Of a stretch of 64,000 nucleotides of DNA, positions 61,713-64,000 are shown piece after piece (position 1 is the stretch's first letter; the number at the start of each line of letters is the position of its first letter). Where the stretch lies: contig NC_045138.2 in assembly GCF_008831285.2 (NCBI RefSeq), positions 15,686,001 to 15,750,000 of the forward strand, read 5' to 3'. This DNA comes from Nymphaea colorata (lineage: Eukaryota). The translations under genes and the position numbers were made by a program. The notes beneath the pieces are model-generated. The model worked only from the letters and a program-made list of their open reading frames with translations. It was not told where the DNA came from and ran no database searches.

Positions 61713-62862
61713 AAAGTATTGAATTCATCGAACGCCTTCTCTCTAAATTCGACAGTTTGTAGGATCCACTGTACTGAATTTCCGTAGTGTGGATTTCAGA
61801 GACATCCATTAAATAGAAAATTCTCAGATTTGGAATCCGACAAGGTGTTCAAATCACAGCATTGTCAAGAACAGAGAATCAAACGTTCTCACAGATTTCA
61901 GTTTCAGCAAGAAAGATTGAGTTTATTTTCACGTACCAGATTGAGATATTTTTTTTTCCTTCTCTTCTCTAAACTGTGGAACTGGGATTCACCTCCATGC
62001 TTCAGTTAAACTCAAATCGTCATGAAGAAATGTTCAAAATAAATAGTTTTGAGAGTGATGGGGCGTCAATCTGATGTGCTTTCAAGGGGCCACTTGGCCC
62101 CATTGACAGAGAAGGCAGCTTTATCACTTTACAGATCAAGAAGGCGCTTTAAGTCAAGGCTTTTATGAACACTTATCCGAAACTTTTAATTGATTCTACT
62201 CGGTGGTTGATCATTTAAGAAGTGATGTTTCATCTCTTTTTATTTACCGCTCTTCCTTACAAAGGTACTCAAAAATATCTTCGCAAAAGTGAAATTTACA
62301 GAAGGCAAAGAGTTACTTTCTAAAATTTCTTCAAGCGAAATGATAAGAACAAGTAGAAAACTATTGAAGTTGCTTTAGAAGCTCATGGAATCTTCCCAAT
62401 GAATTCTTTAAAAGAGATTTGAGATTTTTTTCCCGTGCATGGTCTTTGACCTTTTCGCTTGCATTGCATAGGAATTTTTTTGTTGCAGAGTCAAACTATA
62501 CATTTTAACAAAGGCTGAAATTTTAATTTTTTTAACTTTTTATGCATATTAAACTAATATTTTTTTATTTACATATAAATTTTTAAAACTATCGGTCGAT
62601 ACCTTTCAATACGAAGCAGTATTGATAAGAATGGTTACCTCTATGATTTGGATTTTGGGTTGACTTGGAACGGATCTGGATCGGTGTGAGGATTTTATCC
62701 GATATATCTAGTACGGACAAATTGCATGCTGTCTCGTCCTCCGGAAGAAATTAAATTCCCGCGTTCGTTAATCTGCCACCGAGAGGACAGGAGGAACCTT
62801 CCCGCACTTATCCGAAGCACACTTCGCCACTCGTCCTCCGGCCGTCCGCCCGCCGGAGACCC

Positions 62863-64000
62863 ATGGCAGCCGTCTTGTCCTTCGGACCTGCCGCTGTCGG
62901 AGGGCCGGTGCGTCATCGGACTAATTCCTCTCGTCGAAGCCCGACGCGTCTCGCCGCGGATCTCAGAGAAACCCCTTCTGCCTCCGTGAAAACCGAAGAC
63001 GAAGAGAGGCTGGGCGAGGGTACCGCCGTGTCGCCACCCCCAGGCTTCAAGCCCCCGCAACCAAAGCGATTCTCTGCCCGGCCCGACAAAATCGTCGACG
63101 TGCTGTCGGCGTCACTCGCACTGCCCTTCCGTCTCGGCACCGGCGCCTTCGCCTTAGGGTATTGTATCTTTGTCTTTGCGATCGATTAGACCGGTCCGAC
63201 TCAGGCCGTACAAGTCTATCTGCTGGTAGATGCTGAATTCTTGCTTTTCTAATTAGATCGTGACGTGGGTGTTCTATTCTCTTAATTCAAGGGTTGTTTC
63301 GAAGTCTATGACTATATTATGGACTCATCTAAATAATTCGATTGTATTCGATTTTGATCTTTGACTCACATGTTGCTATTCCTTTCTTGATATTCTATAT
63401 TGTGTCATGCAGATACAGTGCTTCTTTTGTATCAGAAGAGGAGATCCCTCCAAGTGTGTATTCAACTTTCAAAATTGCTGGTATTTCCTGTTTGATACTT
63501 TAGCATAGCTTATCAAAGGTCAGCACGTATTCTGTGTAGAAATCAATGTAGGTAACTCATTGCGTACATTGCATTTCCAAAGCAAAGAACACGCAACGTT
63601 GGTATGCATACACGAACATGCATGAACTTCTTAATATGCAAAAAAGTGTAAGACTTACGGCAACTTAAGTTTGAACTCTCAACAAAAAATTCTAATATTA
63701 TCATTAGCAAACAAGACCATTCAGTAAGAAGACTACATATAGCCGATGCATGACCTCGATTTATTTTTACTGACACCAATCTTCTTAAGCATTTTACTAA
63801 TGTTTCAGCAAAATCTGATTAATTATTATTTGTGTGCTAATAATGCTCATAATTCTACATAAAACTTTTTATTTCCACATCTATTGTCAATGTTATTGTT
63901 ACTTGTTCAAACACATTGCTTAAAGAACATTGTGCTGATCAAAGTAGTTGAAACAGGCTTGAAGCTGAAGGAGACTTCAAAATTGGGTCCTAGGCCTGAA
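62863..64000 (+). CDS. Plastid thioredoxin/GST-N (glutaredoxin-like) family protein, At5g03880-like (5' partial)
   Basis: Exons 62863-63158, 63413-63480 and 63957->64000 give a transit-peptide-like N-terminus, then PPPGFKPPQPKRF...LPFRLGTGAFALGYSASFVSEEEIP...AGLKLKETSKLGPRPE. Confidence 0.8.

Overview
This is plant (angiosperm) nuclear DNA with intron-containing genes, and I found no prokaryotic features. Gene order: 3' exons of an ABHD11-like alpha/beta hydrolase (+); RPL36a/eL42 (-) head-to-head with a ubiquitin-RPL40 fusion (+); BTB/POZ protein (+); DYW-type PPR editing factor (-) head-to-head with a LEA_2/NHL gene (+); a tandem pair of uncharacterised CoA-dependent-acyltransferase/condensation-fold genes (+; the second has a frameshift just after its ATG); a DOG1-like gene (+); six intronless SBT1.9/phytaspase-clade subtilases (one +, five -, one frameshifted); and the 5' exons of a plastid thioredoxin/GST-like gene (+). 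Non-coding features include a hAT-type MITE with TIRs, TSD and an internal 3x repeat, a second MITE, a tRNA-derived SINE-like element, and several tandem duplications. I see no clear new biological system. The best leads are in the subtilase cluster (Arg at the phytaspase S1 His site in all copies, active-site-adjacent substitutions in one copy, mosaic paralogs, a shared palindromic promoter element) and in the duplicated orphan acyltransferase-fold genes. Homolog names are recalled from memory and were not checked by database search.
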